NCBI GenBank assembly: GCA_964632485.1
Contig: CAZWDO010000001.1
Coordinates: 248,001 to 293,630 of the forward strand
Source: an uncultured bacterium
Lineage (GTDB): Bacteria > JAGOEH01
Length of the DNA: 45,630 nt
Direction of reading: 5' to 3'
Shown: one piece after another, positions 7,808 through 17,180 of the stretch
How positions within the stretch are numbered: position 1 is the stretch's first letter
Layout of the letters: every line of letters begins with the position of its first letter
Notes under the pieces: generated by a model
What the model was told of the DNA's origin: nothing
Seen by the model: only the letters and a program-made list of their open reading frames with translations
Database searches by the model: none
Translations under genes and position numbers: made by a program

Positions 7808-9780
7808 AACGCAAACTCCGCATTTGTTTTACCGGGGGAGGTACCGGGGGTCATATTTACCCGGCATTGACAATTTATCAAATCCTAAAAGAGGCCGGGC
7901 TGGTGGAGGAATGCCTGTATCTTGGAAATCAAGACAAAGCGGAGGGGGTTATTATACCAAAAACTGAGATTCCTCTCCTACATATTTCTTCAGCTCCATT
8001 TGCAGGGGTCAGCCATTCAAGACGTCTTCTATTCTTTTACGTACTTATAAAAGGAGTGTTCAAAGCGATTTATCACCTTTTCCGGTTTCGTCCCCATGTA
8101 ATCGTGGCTACTGGCGGTTATGTTTCCGCGCCGGTGGTGTTCGCGGCATTTTTTTTAAAACCGCTGCTGAAGATACGTATTGTGATTCAGGAACAAAATG
8201 TAGTTCCCGGAATATTCAACAAATTTGCATCGCTCTTTGCAGATCTGGTGCTGGTCAGCTTTCGTGAATCCGCTTACTACTTATGGAGCACTCGATGTGT
8301 TTATAGCGGTTATCCCCTAAGACCCGCCTATTGTGAATCCTGGGACGAAAATGAATTGCGTCAAAAACTTCAAATTCCGCCGAAAAAACTAGTTATTCTT
8401 AGTTATGGGGGTTCAATGGGAGCCCGTTCCATCAACCGACTAATCCCTTTAATAGTGAAATTTTTAGCAAAACGCGACGATATTTATCTGGTTCATATTA
8501 CCGGGATGAGCAAAGACAATTATAAAGCATTCGAGCAAACCATGATGGAGCTTCGTTCACAAATCCCAGATTATATTGATACTCATTGCAATCAGTTTGT
8601 CAAACCTGATTCCGGTCAAGTTTGGGGACAAGTCTTTGAATATAGGCACGATCTGATTCAATACCAGCAGTTAGCCGACATCATCCTTACGAGAGCCGGA
8701 GCTGGAGCCGTAGCAGAACTCGCGGCATTGAAAAAAGCCGCCATTCTGATACCTAAATGGGGATTACCCGGTGATCATCAGGAACTGAATGCATTTACAT
8801 TAGCCGCGCGACACGCGTGTCGGGTTGTATTCGAAAAACGCAATGAAAATGGTGAAATTGAAATTAGCTGGAATGATATCGCCCAGGATTTGATTGAATT
8901 AATTACTGAAAAAAACCAGCGACAAATCCTCCAAGCCAATATGGAACATTTCTTTTTTTCCGGATATCGGTCACGCATTGCTGAATCCATCGCCAATTTA
9001 TTCGGAAATGTCCAAAACATCGAATTTATTGATCAAGTAATACTACCTGAGTTAACCAGCCATTTGTTGCAATTCGATCAACTCGTGATCTATCTGGCAA
9101 AACTTAACCAGGAATTCGGTTCTCATCACTACCTTGTAAAATACTATAACAATCGATTACATGAATTTCAACGGTCCACCCGCTGGGAAGATATTAATAA
9201 AGCCATCAAATTAGCCGGCGCTTTAGGCAATGAATCCGCGATTATCGATTTTTTCAAAAACTTTGCCACCTACAACGGTTTTCAAAGACGCAATTTGATC
9301 TCGGCAGCGAGTCGCTTATCCACGGCTCATCCCATTATCGAAAAACTGATCTTAGCGGGTTTAGCAGATTCCTATTTCGAGGTTCGCACCGAATCGATCA
9401 AGCTGATGCGCCGACATTTAGAAAAATTCCGCGATCATCCTGCAATGTCCGAACTTATTAAAAAAATAGCCAAATCCTGTCGTCAGCCTTTTGAGACCCA
9501 AAAAGAAGCTCTGTTGATCCTGCCATGGTTATGCCAGAATGAACAGGAATTTTTTTCCATTGCTCAACGCTTTCAGACACATAAAAACATCCATTTACGT
9601 CAATCTTTGATCCAAAGCATCTTCCAGGCATCCCAACTGGGGCGATTGAAAAATACAGAAAACTTAAGAAATTTCGTCAAACGAATTCTCATCATATCAC
9701 CGACCTTCTCCCCCCAATTTCATATTCGATCCCACTATGGGGAGTTGATACATTTATTGGAAGAGGACCCCCATGGTTGA
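7804..9780 (+). CDS. murG: MurG-family GT28 GlcNAc transferase with a long C-terminal HEAT/ARM-like helical extension
   Basis: GGGTGGH, TGGYVS, EQN..PG..N, GGSMGA, RAGA...E, HQE.NA motifs in the first ~400 aa. Extra helical region with HEAT-like 'LADSYFEVRTESIKLM'. ATG 7804 overlaps the panC stop (ATGA). Confidence 0.85.
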   Translation: MKRKLRICFTGGGTGGHIYPALTIYQILKEAGLVEECLYLGNQDKAEGVIIPKTEIPLLHISSAPFAGVSHSRRLLFFYVLIKGVFKAIYHLFRFRPHVIVATGGYVSAPVVFAAFFLKPLLKIRIVIQEQNVVPGIFNKFASLFADLVLVSFRESAYYLWSTRCVYSGYPLRPAYCESWDENELRQKLQIPPKKLVILSYGGSMGARSINRLIPLIVKFLAKRDDIYLVHITGMSKDNYKAFEQTMMELRSQIPDYIDTHCNQFVKPDSGQVWGQVFEYRHDLIQYQQLADIILTRAGAGAVAELAALKKAAILIPKWGLPGDHQELNAFTLAARHACRVVFEKRNENGEIEISWNDIAQDLIELITEKNQRQILQANMEHFFFSGYRSRIAESIANLFGNVQNIEFIDQVILPELTSHLLQFDQLVIYLAKLNQEFGSHHYLVKYYNNRLHEFQRSTRWEDINKAIKLAGALGNESAIIDFFKNFATYNGFQRRNLISAASRLSTAHPIIEKLILAGLADSYFEVRTESIKLMRRHLEKFRDHPAMSELIKKIAKSCRQPFETQKEALLILPWLCQNEQEFFSIAQRFQTHKNIHLRQSLIQSIFQASQLGRLKNTENLRNFVKRILIISPTFSPQFHIRSHYGELIHLLEEDPHG

Positions 9781-11047
9781 AATAATCATTCAATGGCTCC
9801 AAGCCCTAGGAGTTAAATTCGGTTTTTTCCGCTTATCTGGCTACATTACATTCCGCGCCCTCGCGGCCATGGCCACTTCACTGCTTTTTAGCTTGATTGT
9901 AGGATATCGTTTTATTATTTTTCTTTACCATCATCGAATGCGAGACACTTCCGGCGATTATCAATCTATCGACAGCGCTTCTAAAAAAGGAACCCCAACC
10001 GCTGGAGGACTTCTGATCATCTGCTCCGTTTTCGTTTCCCTGCTAGCGTGGGCCCAACTTACCAATCCTTTTGTCATTATCAGCGCCTCAGCTCTTCTAT
10101 ATTTTGGCCTTGTCGGTTGTTTCGACGACTGGCAAAAAGTTAAATATAAAAGCTCACTTTTAGGATTAAGCCAAAAAGCAAAAACATTACTGATGTTGGG
10201 TTATATTATCCCTTTTGCGATTTATATGATTTCCCCCGCATCCCCCCTGCCAGTTGAGATGCGTACCCAACTTTATATTCCCTTTTACAAAGAGCCTTTG
10301 ATGGATATCGGTCCGGTTTTATATGTTCTATTCATTGTTTTTGTTTTTTTCTCGATTATTAACAGTCTCAACATTACCGATGGTCNNNNNNNNNNCTTCG
10401 CTGCACCGCTGACCGAGGTGGCGTTCAAGTTTGGCCCGGCCGAGTACTTTCTGGCGCAATTGCTGCCAGGCGGAATTGGCGGCCTCCGGGTCGATGGAAT
10501 CGGGCTGGTGCGGGTTGCGGTAGACCTCATGTACATACTCGCCGGTGATGGTCTCGACGGCCTGCTGACCGGTACGGCGTTAATGACGTATGGCGTGTAT
10601 GGAGTATTTACTTACGTAATCGGCAACAGAATTATATCAGGTCATTATCATTTCACTTATATACCAGCCATGCCGGAACTGACCGTCGTTATTGCGGCTT
10701 TGATGGGTGGATTGATGGGTTTTTTATGGTTCAACACCTATCCTGCGGAAATATTCATGGGCGATACCGGATCGCTGAGTATAGGGTCAATTTTAGCGAT
10801 CACTGTCATTTCGACCAAACAGGAAATTCTCTTTCTTATTGCGGGAGGGTTATTTGTCTTTGAAATTTTTTCATCGTTTATGCAGCAAAAAGTGGGAAAC
10901 CGCATTGGCCGGAGGATATTTTTGAGGGCTCCGATCCACCATTCATTTATCCATCAAGGGATTGCTGAACCTAAAACTGTCGTACGCTTTTGGATATTCT
11001 CCCTATTACTTTCCTTTATCGCTCTGATGAGTATCAAAATCCGCTAA
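9773..11047 (+). CDS. mraY: phospho-N-acetylmuramoyl-pentapeptide transferase, interrupted by an assembly gap and foreign insert
   Basis: KKGTPT.GG, G.FDD, N.TDGLDGL (split by the insert), FMGDTGS, APIHH; about ten hydrophobic segments. Confidence 0.92.
   Translation: MVEIIIQWLQALGVKFGFFRLSGYITFRALAAMATSLLFSLIVGYRFIIFLYHHRMRDTSGDYQSIDSASKKGTPTAGGLLIICSVFVSLLAWAQLTNPFVIISASALLYFGLVGCFDDWQKVKYKSSLLGLSQKAKTLLMLGYIIPFAIYMISPASPLPVEMRTQLYIPFYKEPLMDIGPVLYVLFIVFVFFSIINSLNITDGXXXXFAAPLTEVAFKFGPAEYFLAQLLPGGIGGLRVDGIGLVRVAVDLMYILAGDGLDGLLTGTALMTYGVYGVFTYVIGNRIISGHYHFTYIPAMPELTVVIAALMGGLMGFLWFNTYPAEIFMGDTGSLSIGSILAITVISTKQEILFLIAGGLFVFEIFSSFMQQKVGNRIGRRIFLRAPIHHSFIHQGIAEPKTVVRFWIFSLLLSFIALMSIKIR
10386..10553. 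other. scaffold gap (10 N) plus GC-rich foreign sequence, probable misassembly
   Basis: GATGGTC occurs at 10379-10385 and again at 10547-10553; removing the intervening 168 nt restores NITDGLDGL. Confidence 0.8.
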
Positions 11048-12180
11048 TTAAACAAGTTCAATTTGCGAATCTGCTTCGTCATCGCCAATTTGGAAACCGG
11101 TTTAATAATATAACCATCACTCTGCAAGCGAAACGTAGCAAATACCATATTAATATCTTGCACCCCAGTGCACATCACAATTCGGGTCCGGTTTTTACCA
11201 TAGATAGAATCTTTCTTTTCCCTATCTCTGATTTTTTTCAGCAATTCAATGCCATTAAGGCCATCCATTTTAATATCCAAAAAAACCAAGTGATATGGGA
11301 CCTCCTTTTCCAAGGCAATACGCCAGGCTTCCCATCCTTCGATCCCATTCACAGCGCCATCACAAATTCCATATTCCGACAACATATTGCGCAACAGCAG
11401 TCGGGTTGTCAATTCATCTTCAACGACTAAAATATGAAGCCATTGCCGACTCCCCTGAAAATCCCGCAAAATTTGTTTCGGTTGATTAAGTGAAACTTCG
11501 TGAAAAGGATCAAAAATCATGGTTTCAAGCTCAGCGATAGTTTTATCCGAAGCAAAGATAATGCTTAAAACTGTTTCGCTTTGATTACGATTCAGCAATT
11601 CGAAGTCCGGAAACTGCACCAGAAGTCGGCCGACTTCGCGGATATCATCAAAAATTAACAAGGATTTAAAATCATCCTCACTAATCGTTGTACTAATGAG
11701 TTTTTCTATTACGTAAACATGTTCACCACGGGCCATAGCCTCGTCGATCAACAGTTTCTGAGGGATCGTTAAATAGAGGCCATATTCTGTTGTTGAAGGA
11801 ATACTTGAAAGCGGCTGGCTGAAGAAATTGTCTATAAAAGAAGTAAGTCTCTCCAGTTCCTGGCTGCTTTCGCCCTCGCCAACCAGGTTCAATTTAATTA
11901 AATCAGCAGCTTTAAGCCCCCAATCCAAAAGCTCTTTTGAAGGATTACGACGTCCATTACGCAAATCGTCAAACTGATTTTCAATCACATGAATGAGCTG
12001 GGAACTCGCCGGTAGATTGGCCATAGCTAACCCGCTTTTTAAATTATGAGCGGCGCGAAAAACAAGGTGTATATCATCTGTTAAAGGTAATTGATGAGCG
12101 AGATGATCTTCAAAATCTAACAATAACTCTTCAAATTGGTCAAGGGTTTCGAATAGCGCGCTACGATCTTCCTGCATCAA
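11044..12180 (-). CDS. Hpt (CheA P1-like) + linker/P2-like region + C-terminal receiver domain protein
   Basis: N-terminal IHLVFRAAHNLKSG...H..E..FD.LR matches CheA P1/Hpt. C-terminal ILVVEDE, FLDIKMD, CTG, YIIKP is a REC. No kinase core. Start TTG 12180 or ATG 12177. Confidence 0.85.
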   Translation of the reverse strand: MMQEDRSALFETLDQFEELLLDFEDHLAHQLPLTDDIHLVFRAAHNLKSGLAMANLPASSQLIHVIENQFDDLRNGRRNPSKELLDWGLKAADLIKLNLVGEGESSQELERLTSFIDNFFSQPLSSIPSTTEYGLYLTIPQKLLIDEAMARGEHVYVIEKLISTTISEDDFKSLLIFDDIREVGRLLVQFPDFELLNRNQSETVLSIIFASDKTIAELETMIFDPFHEVSLNQPKQILRDFQGSRQWLHILVVEDELTTRLLLRNMLSEYGICDGAVNGIEGWEAWRIALEKEVPYHLVFLDIKMDGLNGIELLKKIRDREKKDSIYGKNRTRIVMCTGVQDINMVFATFRLQSDGYIIKPVSKLAMTKQIRKLNLFN

Positions 12181-12205
12181 ATTCTGCCTTTCTTATAAGT
12201 TGAGC

Positions 12206-12580
12206 CTATTGGTAAAGTCCAACACTACGCAACGCATTTAATATCTTGTCTTTATTGAACGGTTTAACAATATAATGAGCGGCGCCCAATTGACGAGCCT
12301 TATTCACATGCTCGTCTTTGTCCAACGTGGTCAACATAATAACAGGAATTGATTTAGTCGCCGGATTTTTTTTTAAACGGGCTAATAATTCAAACCCATT
12401 TACATTCGGCATCTCAACATCCGAAAAAATAGCATCAAAAGTGCTGCCAGTAGCTTTTCGCAATGCTTCCAACCCATCATTAGCCGTTTCAACATCAAAC
12501 CCTAGCAGACTAATAAATGTTTTTATCATGGAACGATTGATTTCCATATCGTCCACCACAAGTACTCGTTTTTTACTCAA
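12206..12580 (-). CDS. single-domain CheY-like response regulator
   Basis: VLVVDD, FSDVEMP, MLTT, YIVKPF; TTG start with GGGAGG RBS. Confidence 0.92.
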   Translation of the reverse strand: MSKKRVLVVDDMEINRSMIKTFISLLGFDVETANDGLEALRKATGSTFDAIFSDVEMPNVNGFELLARLKKNPATKSIPVIMLTTLDKDEHVNKARQLGAAHYIVKPFNKDKILNALRSVGLYQ

Positions 12581-12932
12581 ATGGCCCTCCCTGTTTACAT
12601 TTTCAAAAAATAAGCCGGTTCATCTCACTAAAATTTACACACTCAGCGCTGAATTCCGACGCCAAGCAACAGAATTTTATCCGGTTTCAAGGACGCTAAT
12701 ATACTGAATAGACGCATTTCCATATAACATAATATAAGCGAGTTTACTTAAAAGTCAAGTCAATTTTGGGTATTTGGATTCAAAGCCGATATTACACTTT
12801 TGATTGTTCAAAAAGAGATAGTTTCAATAAATATTAACGCTTTTTTCGGTTTACGCTATATTTTAAGGAAAAACTATTGACAAAAAGAGGAAAAATTTTT
12901 ATATATACCCCAAAAAGTTAGAATGACCAAAG

Positions 12933-14264
12933 ATGAAAAAAGAGTTCACACTGCTCAAAGACGGGATTGTGGTTGATACCGTTCAAGGGCAAATCCAACA
13001 TCGCGATTTAATTTTTGACAGTACAGGTAAAATTTGTACCGAAGAAGATATCCAGCATCAAGCGGACAAAGTTGAAGTTGTTGAATTAAACGGGAAATTT
13101 ATCAGCCATGCCTTTATTGATCTGCATACGCACACACGAATTCCATCTGATATGCCGCGGACGGAACCGTTGGAAAATACTTACCAGGCGGCATTAAGCG
13201 GAGGATTTACCCGACTAACAGCGATGGCAAACACTCGGCCCGTTATCGACACACCGGAATTAGTGAGACAAAACCTCACGATTTTTGGGCAGGCGCACCC
13301 GACAGTCCGTATCTCACAACTTAGCGCGCTGACAATCGGGTTAAAGGGTGAGACACTTTCACCTTTGGAAAAAATAGCAGAAGCCGGGGCGGCGGGTTTT
13401 TCCGATGATGGTTTTTGGACCGCCAATCCGCGGTTGATGAAAGAAGGCATGCAACGCGTACACGCTCTGGGCTTAAAAGTATTCAGCCATTGTGAGCATC
13501 CGCAATTGTCACCCGGAGGTGTTATCCATAATTGCCGTCAGGCTGATTTATGGAATCTTAAGATACAGGGCTCATTAACTGAGAGTTTGGCCGTACTGCA
13601 GGATTTGAAACTCGCCCAGGAAGCATCCGCTCCGTTGCATATTTGCCATGTCAGCACAGCGGAAAGTTGCCGTCTAATCCGACAATTCAAAGAGCAGGGC
13701 GTCAATGTAACCGCTGAAACGGCTCCGCATTATTTCACGTTGAACTCCGACCAGATTGTTGAGAATTCCGGCCGTTTCAAAGTCAACCCGCCGTTGCGTT
13801 CGGAAAAAGACCGCCAGGCGATAATTCAGGCATTACGCGATGGCGCCATTGATGCGATTGCGACTGATCACGCCCCGCATCCAAATGCAATGAAATCGGG
13901 CAATTTTAACCAATCTGCGTTTGGATTTATTGGATTGGAAACTGCGCTTTCCCTGGCCATAACTACGTTGTTTGCCCGGGGAGAGATGGGTTTATATGAT
14001 ATTATCCGTTGTTTTACAACCAATCCAGCCAAAATTGCGGGTATTACGCTGCCTCCGATCACAATCGGACAAAATCCCGATCTGACACTATTTGATCCAT
14101 GGGCGGTTTGGATACCCACTGAGGATCACCTGCGTTCAAATTGCAAAAATTCACCGTTTCTCAACCAAAAACTAACGGGTAAAGTGACTCATGTTTTTTC
14201 TCAAGGTAAACTTGTGTATCACGATAATCCCACAGCCAACAAAGGAGTAATCCATGCGTTTTAA
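12933..14264 (+). CDS. pyrC: dihydroorotase (type I, amidohydrolase family)
   Basis: DLHTH.R, MANT.P, FSDDG, HCE, HICHVS, PHYF, KVNPPLR, IATDHAPH. TTGACA at 12877-12882 upstream. Confidence 0.92.
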   Translation: MKKEFTLLKDGIVVDTVQGQIQHRDLIFDSTGKICTEEDIQHQADKVEVVELNGKFISHAFIDLHTHTRIPSDMPRTEPLENTYQAALSGGFTRLTAMANTRPVIDTPELVRQNLTIFGQAHPTVRISQLSALTIGLKGETLSPLEKIAEAGAAGFSDDGFWTANPRLMKEGMQRVHALGLKVFSHCEHPQLSPGGVIHNCRQADLWNLKIQGSLTESLAVLQDLKLAQEASAPLHICHVSTAESCRLIRQFKEQGVNVTAETAPHYFTLNSDQIVENSGRFKVNPPLRSEKDRQAIIQALRDGAIDAIATDHAPHPNAMKSGNFNQSAFGFIGLETALSLAITTLFARGEMGLYDIIRCFTTNPAKIAGITLPPITIGQNPDLTLFDPWAVWIPTEDHLRSNCKNSPFLNQKLTGKVTHVFSQGKLVYHDNPTANKGVIHAF

Positions 14265-15315
14265 CCTTCGCCAATCATTCGCCTTGGTACTGACAGCAAT
14301 CATACTTTTTTTCGCCTGTGAAAGCCAGCACTTCACCGGCGCCAAAGTGTATATCCAGCAGAACAACTGGGACAAAGCGATTGAACAATTACAAATTGAA
14401 ACCCAACAAAACCCCGCCAATGCCGAAGCCTGGTGGTTGCTCGGCAGCAGTTACGCAAAGAAGAAAATGTTTGTCCCCATGAATCAGGCATTCGATAAAT
14501 GTCTGGAAATCGACAAAACACCCCAACGCCAGGAACAAATCACCAATACACAACATAACGAATGGGTTCCCTTATACAACAGCGCGGTCGGTCTGATGCA
14601 GAAAAGCGATTTCGCCGGAGCTCTGGAAAAAATCAACACAGCAATCACTATCAACAATACCAAACCCGAAAACTGGGTGAATAAAGGGATTATCTATATC
14701 CAGCTTGATTCAGTAGATCTGGCGTTGGTTGAATTCGATAAAGCGATTGAAGCGATTGATAAACCCGTTAGCGTCACTGATACCAGTCTTCTTTTTACCT
14801 CTCTCAAAGATAAAGCCGCTATTTTACAAACTAAGGGTAAAACAGACGAGGCCATCACGATCTTTGAAAAGATTACGGAATTGAAACCCCAGGATGCGTT
14901 GACTTATATCGCAATGGGCAGCATCTATGATGAACGAAAAGACTTCGAAAAATCCCGCGTCTGTTATGAAAAAGCCGCAGAATTAGAGCCGGATAATAAA
15001 GACGTCCAATATAACATCGGCGTTAGTTGCTTTCAAGCTAAAAATTACGAATGCGCCATTCAGGCTTTTGAACGTGTGATCAGCATCAGCCCTGATGATG
15101 TCGACGCGCTTTATAACTTGGGACTGCTTTATGTGATGGATAAAAAATTTGATGCTGCCTTACCCCATCTGGAAAAATTAAGTGAACTTGATGCCGAAAA
15201 CAAAGACGTTTGGGGTTTGTTAGGTACCTGCTATGTCCAATTGGGCAACAAGGAAAAGGGAGCTAAAGCTTTTGATCGCGCTAAAGAACTGGAAAAAATG
15301 AATAACGAAGAATAA
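14254..15315 (+). CDS. tetratricopeptide-repeat lipoprotein
   Basis: Signal peptide with lipobox-like FFAC; multiple ~34-aa TPR units (e.g. AEAWWLLG, DVQYNIG, DALYNLG). Confidence 0.88.
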   Translation: MRFNLRQSFALVLTAIILFFACESQHFTGAKVYIQQNNWDKAIEQLQIETQQNPANAEAWWLLGSSYAKKKMFVPMNQAFDKCLEIDKTPQRQEQITNTQHNEWVPLYNSAVGLMQKSDFAGALEKINTAITINNTKPENWVNKGIIYIQLDSVDLALVEFDKAIEAIDKPVSVTDTSLLFTSLKDKAAILQTKGKTDEAITIFEKITELKPQDALTYIAMGSIYDERKDFEKSRVCYEKAAELEPDNKDVQYNIGVSCFQAKNYECAIQAFERVISISPDDVDALYNLGLLYVMDKKFDAALPHLEKLSELDAENKDVWGLLGTCYVQLGNKEKGAKAFDRAKELEKMNNEE

Positions 15316-15325
15316 TCATCCAATC

Positions 15326-15357
15326 AAACCGGAAAGCCAAAACCGGCTTTCCGGTTT
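15326..15357 (+). terminator. stem-loop, probable intrinsic terminator or processing hairpin
   Basis: Perfect 13-bp inverted repeat AAACCGGAAAGCC / GGCTTTCCGGTTT with a 6-nt loop, just after the TPR gene stop. Confidence 0.65.
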
Positions 15358-15372
15358 AATAAGTGAGGACCC

Positions 15373-16488
15373 ATGGAAAAACCGGCAAAATCCTTAAAAC
15401 TATTAACTGTTCCGATTGTTTGGCTGGTTCTTTGGGGCGGCATCGTCCAAAGTCTGGCGCTTACCATACCCGCCAACAAAACCGTCCTCATCGTCATGCG
15501 GCCTACCGCTGCCAATTTGCTTAATCTGAATCAGTTATGCCAGTATAGCATTATTCCGGAAGATGAATTTTATTTTATCGGCGTTTACCAAAAGCAGGAA
15601 AATTACCAGTATGAGGAAAGCGAAAAATATATCCGGCAAAACATGCCGGGCCGCGCAGAACTCTTTCCTGTCGAGAGTTCAGTTCCCGATGATTCATTAT
15701 TTCAAACGAATAGGTGGAGCGATGATTTCAAACTCCTTTTTGAATCTTCGCAGGGGATAATTTTTAATGGGGGGCCGGATATTCCCTCCTTTCTATTCAA
15801 CGAAAAAACCAGCCTTTTATCCAACATTACCGATCCTTGGCGCCACTATTTTGAACTTTCTTTTTTATTCCACCTTTTGGGAGGCCGACAAAATGATAAA
15901 TATAAACCTCTACTTGAAGAAAATCCGCGCTATCTCGTGATGGGATTTTGCCTGGGCATGCAGAGTATCAATGTCGCTACCGGCGGAACGCTTTATCAGG
16001 ACATCCCCAGCGAAATTTATCATGCCAATTACCTCGAAGATATCTTAGAAATGGCCCGCAATAAACAGCATAAAAATTATTGGATCGATTTGACAAATCG
16101 CTCGGATCTGTTATATGGGGCGTTTCATCCAATAATTTTTACAGAAAATAAATGGGCATTTGAATTAGGTACCGACCCCAAATCTCAACCCATCGTATTT
16201 AGCGCCCATCATCAGGCAGTCAAAAAATTAGGCAAACATCTGAGAATCTCCGCAACGAGTAGCGATGGAAAAATTGTTGAAGCAATTGTCCATGAAAAAT
16301 ATCCCTATGTTATTGGAGTACAATTTCATCCTGAAGCATCGATCCTATATGATTCTTTATTTATAATAAAAATCACTCCCACGGATCATGTCGGCTACAA
16401 TCCCCAAACCTTGTTAAAAGATTCCCAATCGCTAAATTTTCATAAAAATTTCTGGAGATATTACTTGTCCGCAATAAAAAAAAAATAA
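15373..16488 (+). CDS. peptidase C26 / gamma-glutamyl-GABA hydrolase family (class I glutamine amidotransferase fold) with signal peptide
   Basis: GGPDI, GFCLGMQ..NVA.GGTLYQD, S.HHQAV, GVQFHPE (Cys-His-Glu triad); hydrophobic N-terminus ending SLA. Confidence 0.85.
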   Translation: MEKPAKSLKLLTVPIVWLVLWGGIVQSLALTIPANKTVLIVMRPTAANLLNLNQLCQYSIIPEDEFYFIGVYQKQENYQYEESEKYIRQNMPGRAELFPVESSVPDDSLFQTNRWSDDFKLLFESSQGIIFNGGPDIPSFLFNEKTSLLSNITDPWRHYFELSFLFHLLGGRQNDKYKPLLEENPRYLVMGFCLGMQSINVATGGTLYQDIPSEIYHANYLEDILEMARNKQHKNYWIDLTNRSDLLYGAFHPIIFTENKWAFELGTDPKSQPIVFSAHHQAVKKLGKHLRISATSSDGKIVEAIVHEKYPYVIGVQFHPEASILYDSLFIIKITPTDHVGYNPQTLLKDSQSLNFHKNFWRYYLSAIKKK

Positions 16489-16563
16489 ATTGACAAACTG
16501 TTTTTTTTGCATTATATATCAAGTACATTTCTGTCAAAGGAAAACAAAAGAATGGAGGATAAA

Positions 16564-17178
16564 ATGTCAAAGCTTCAGGAATTGACAGACAAAATCTACA
16601 AGGAAGGCGTTGAAAAAGCGAACAATGAAGCGCGGCAGATAATCGCCAAAGCGCAACAGGAATCGGAAACCATCCTTAAAGCCGCTCAAAAGGAAGCTAA
16701 CGAAATTATTGAGAAAGCGGGACAGCGCTCCAATGAAATCCGCAAAAACGTTCAATCCGAAGTTAAACTGGCATCTCAACAGGCCATTAGCTCGATTAAG
16801 CAGAAAATTGTCAACCTGATTACTGCCCAGGTAGTGGAACAACCCGTCACGAAGGCTTTTGAGGACACGGAATTTCTGAAAAAAATTATTGTTCAGGCCA
16901 TTGAAAATTGGAAAGTGGCCGATAGCGAACACGTTGAGCTGAGTATCCTTTTGCCGAAAAAACAGGAAGAAGAACTTCAACAATATTTTCTTCAAAACGG
17001 TAACAAACTAATCAAAGGCGGTCTGGAAGTAAATTTTGAAGAAAGCATGAAGGGTGGATTCAAAATCGGTCCCAAAGACGGATCATTTAAAATTAGTTTT
17101 ACGGACGATGATTTCGAAAACTTCTTTAAAACCTATTTGCGTCCGCGGACAATCCGGGTTCTTTACGGAGGCGAATAA
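16564..17178 (+). CDS. ntpE: V-type ATP synthase subunit E
   Basis: KLQELTDKIYKEGVEKA coiled coil, GGF.IGP.DGSF.I.F C-terminus; first gene of the operon; ATG 16564 after GGAGG; TTGACA at 16490. Confidence 0.88.
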   Translation: MSKLQELTDKIYKEGVEKANNEARQIIAKAQQESETILKAAQKEANEIIEKAGQRSNEIRKNVQSEVKLASQQAISSIKQKIVNLITAQVVEQPVTKAFEDTEFLKKIIVQAIENWKVADSEHVELSILLPKKQEEELQQYFLQNGNKLIKGGLEVNFEESMKGGFKIGPKDGSFKISFTDDDFENFFKTYLRPRTIRVLYGGE

Positions 17179-17180
17179 AT

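Noticed and set aside
10386..10553. Intein or natural loop insertion in MraY
   Set aside because: No intein terminal residues visible, adjacent to an N gap, and composition is foreign; an artefact is more likely.
12933..15315. Functional link between pyrC and the overlapping TPR lipoprotein
   Set aside because: Only an 11-bp overlap supports it; different predicted compartments, and such overlaps are common in this compact region.
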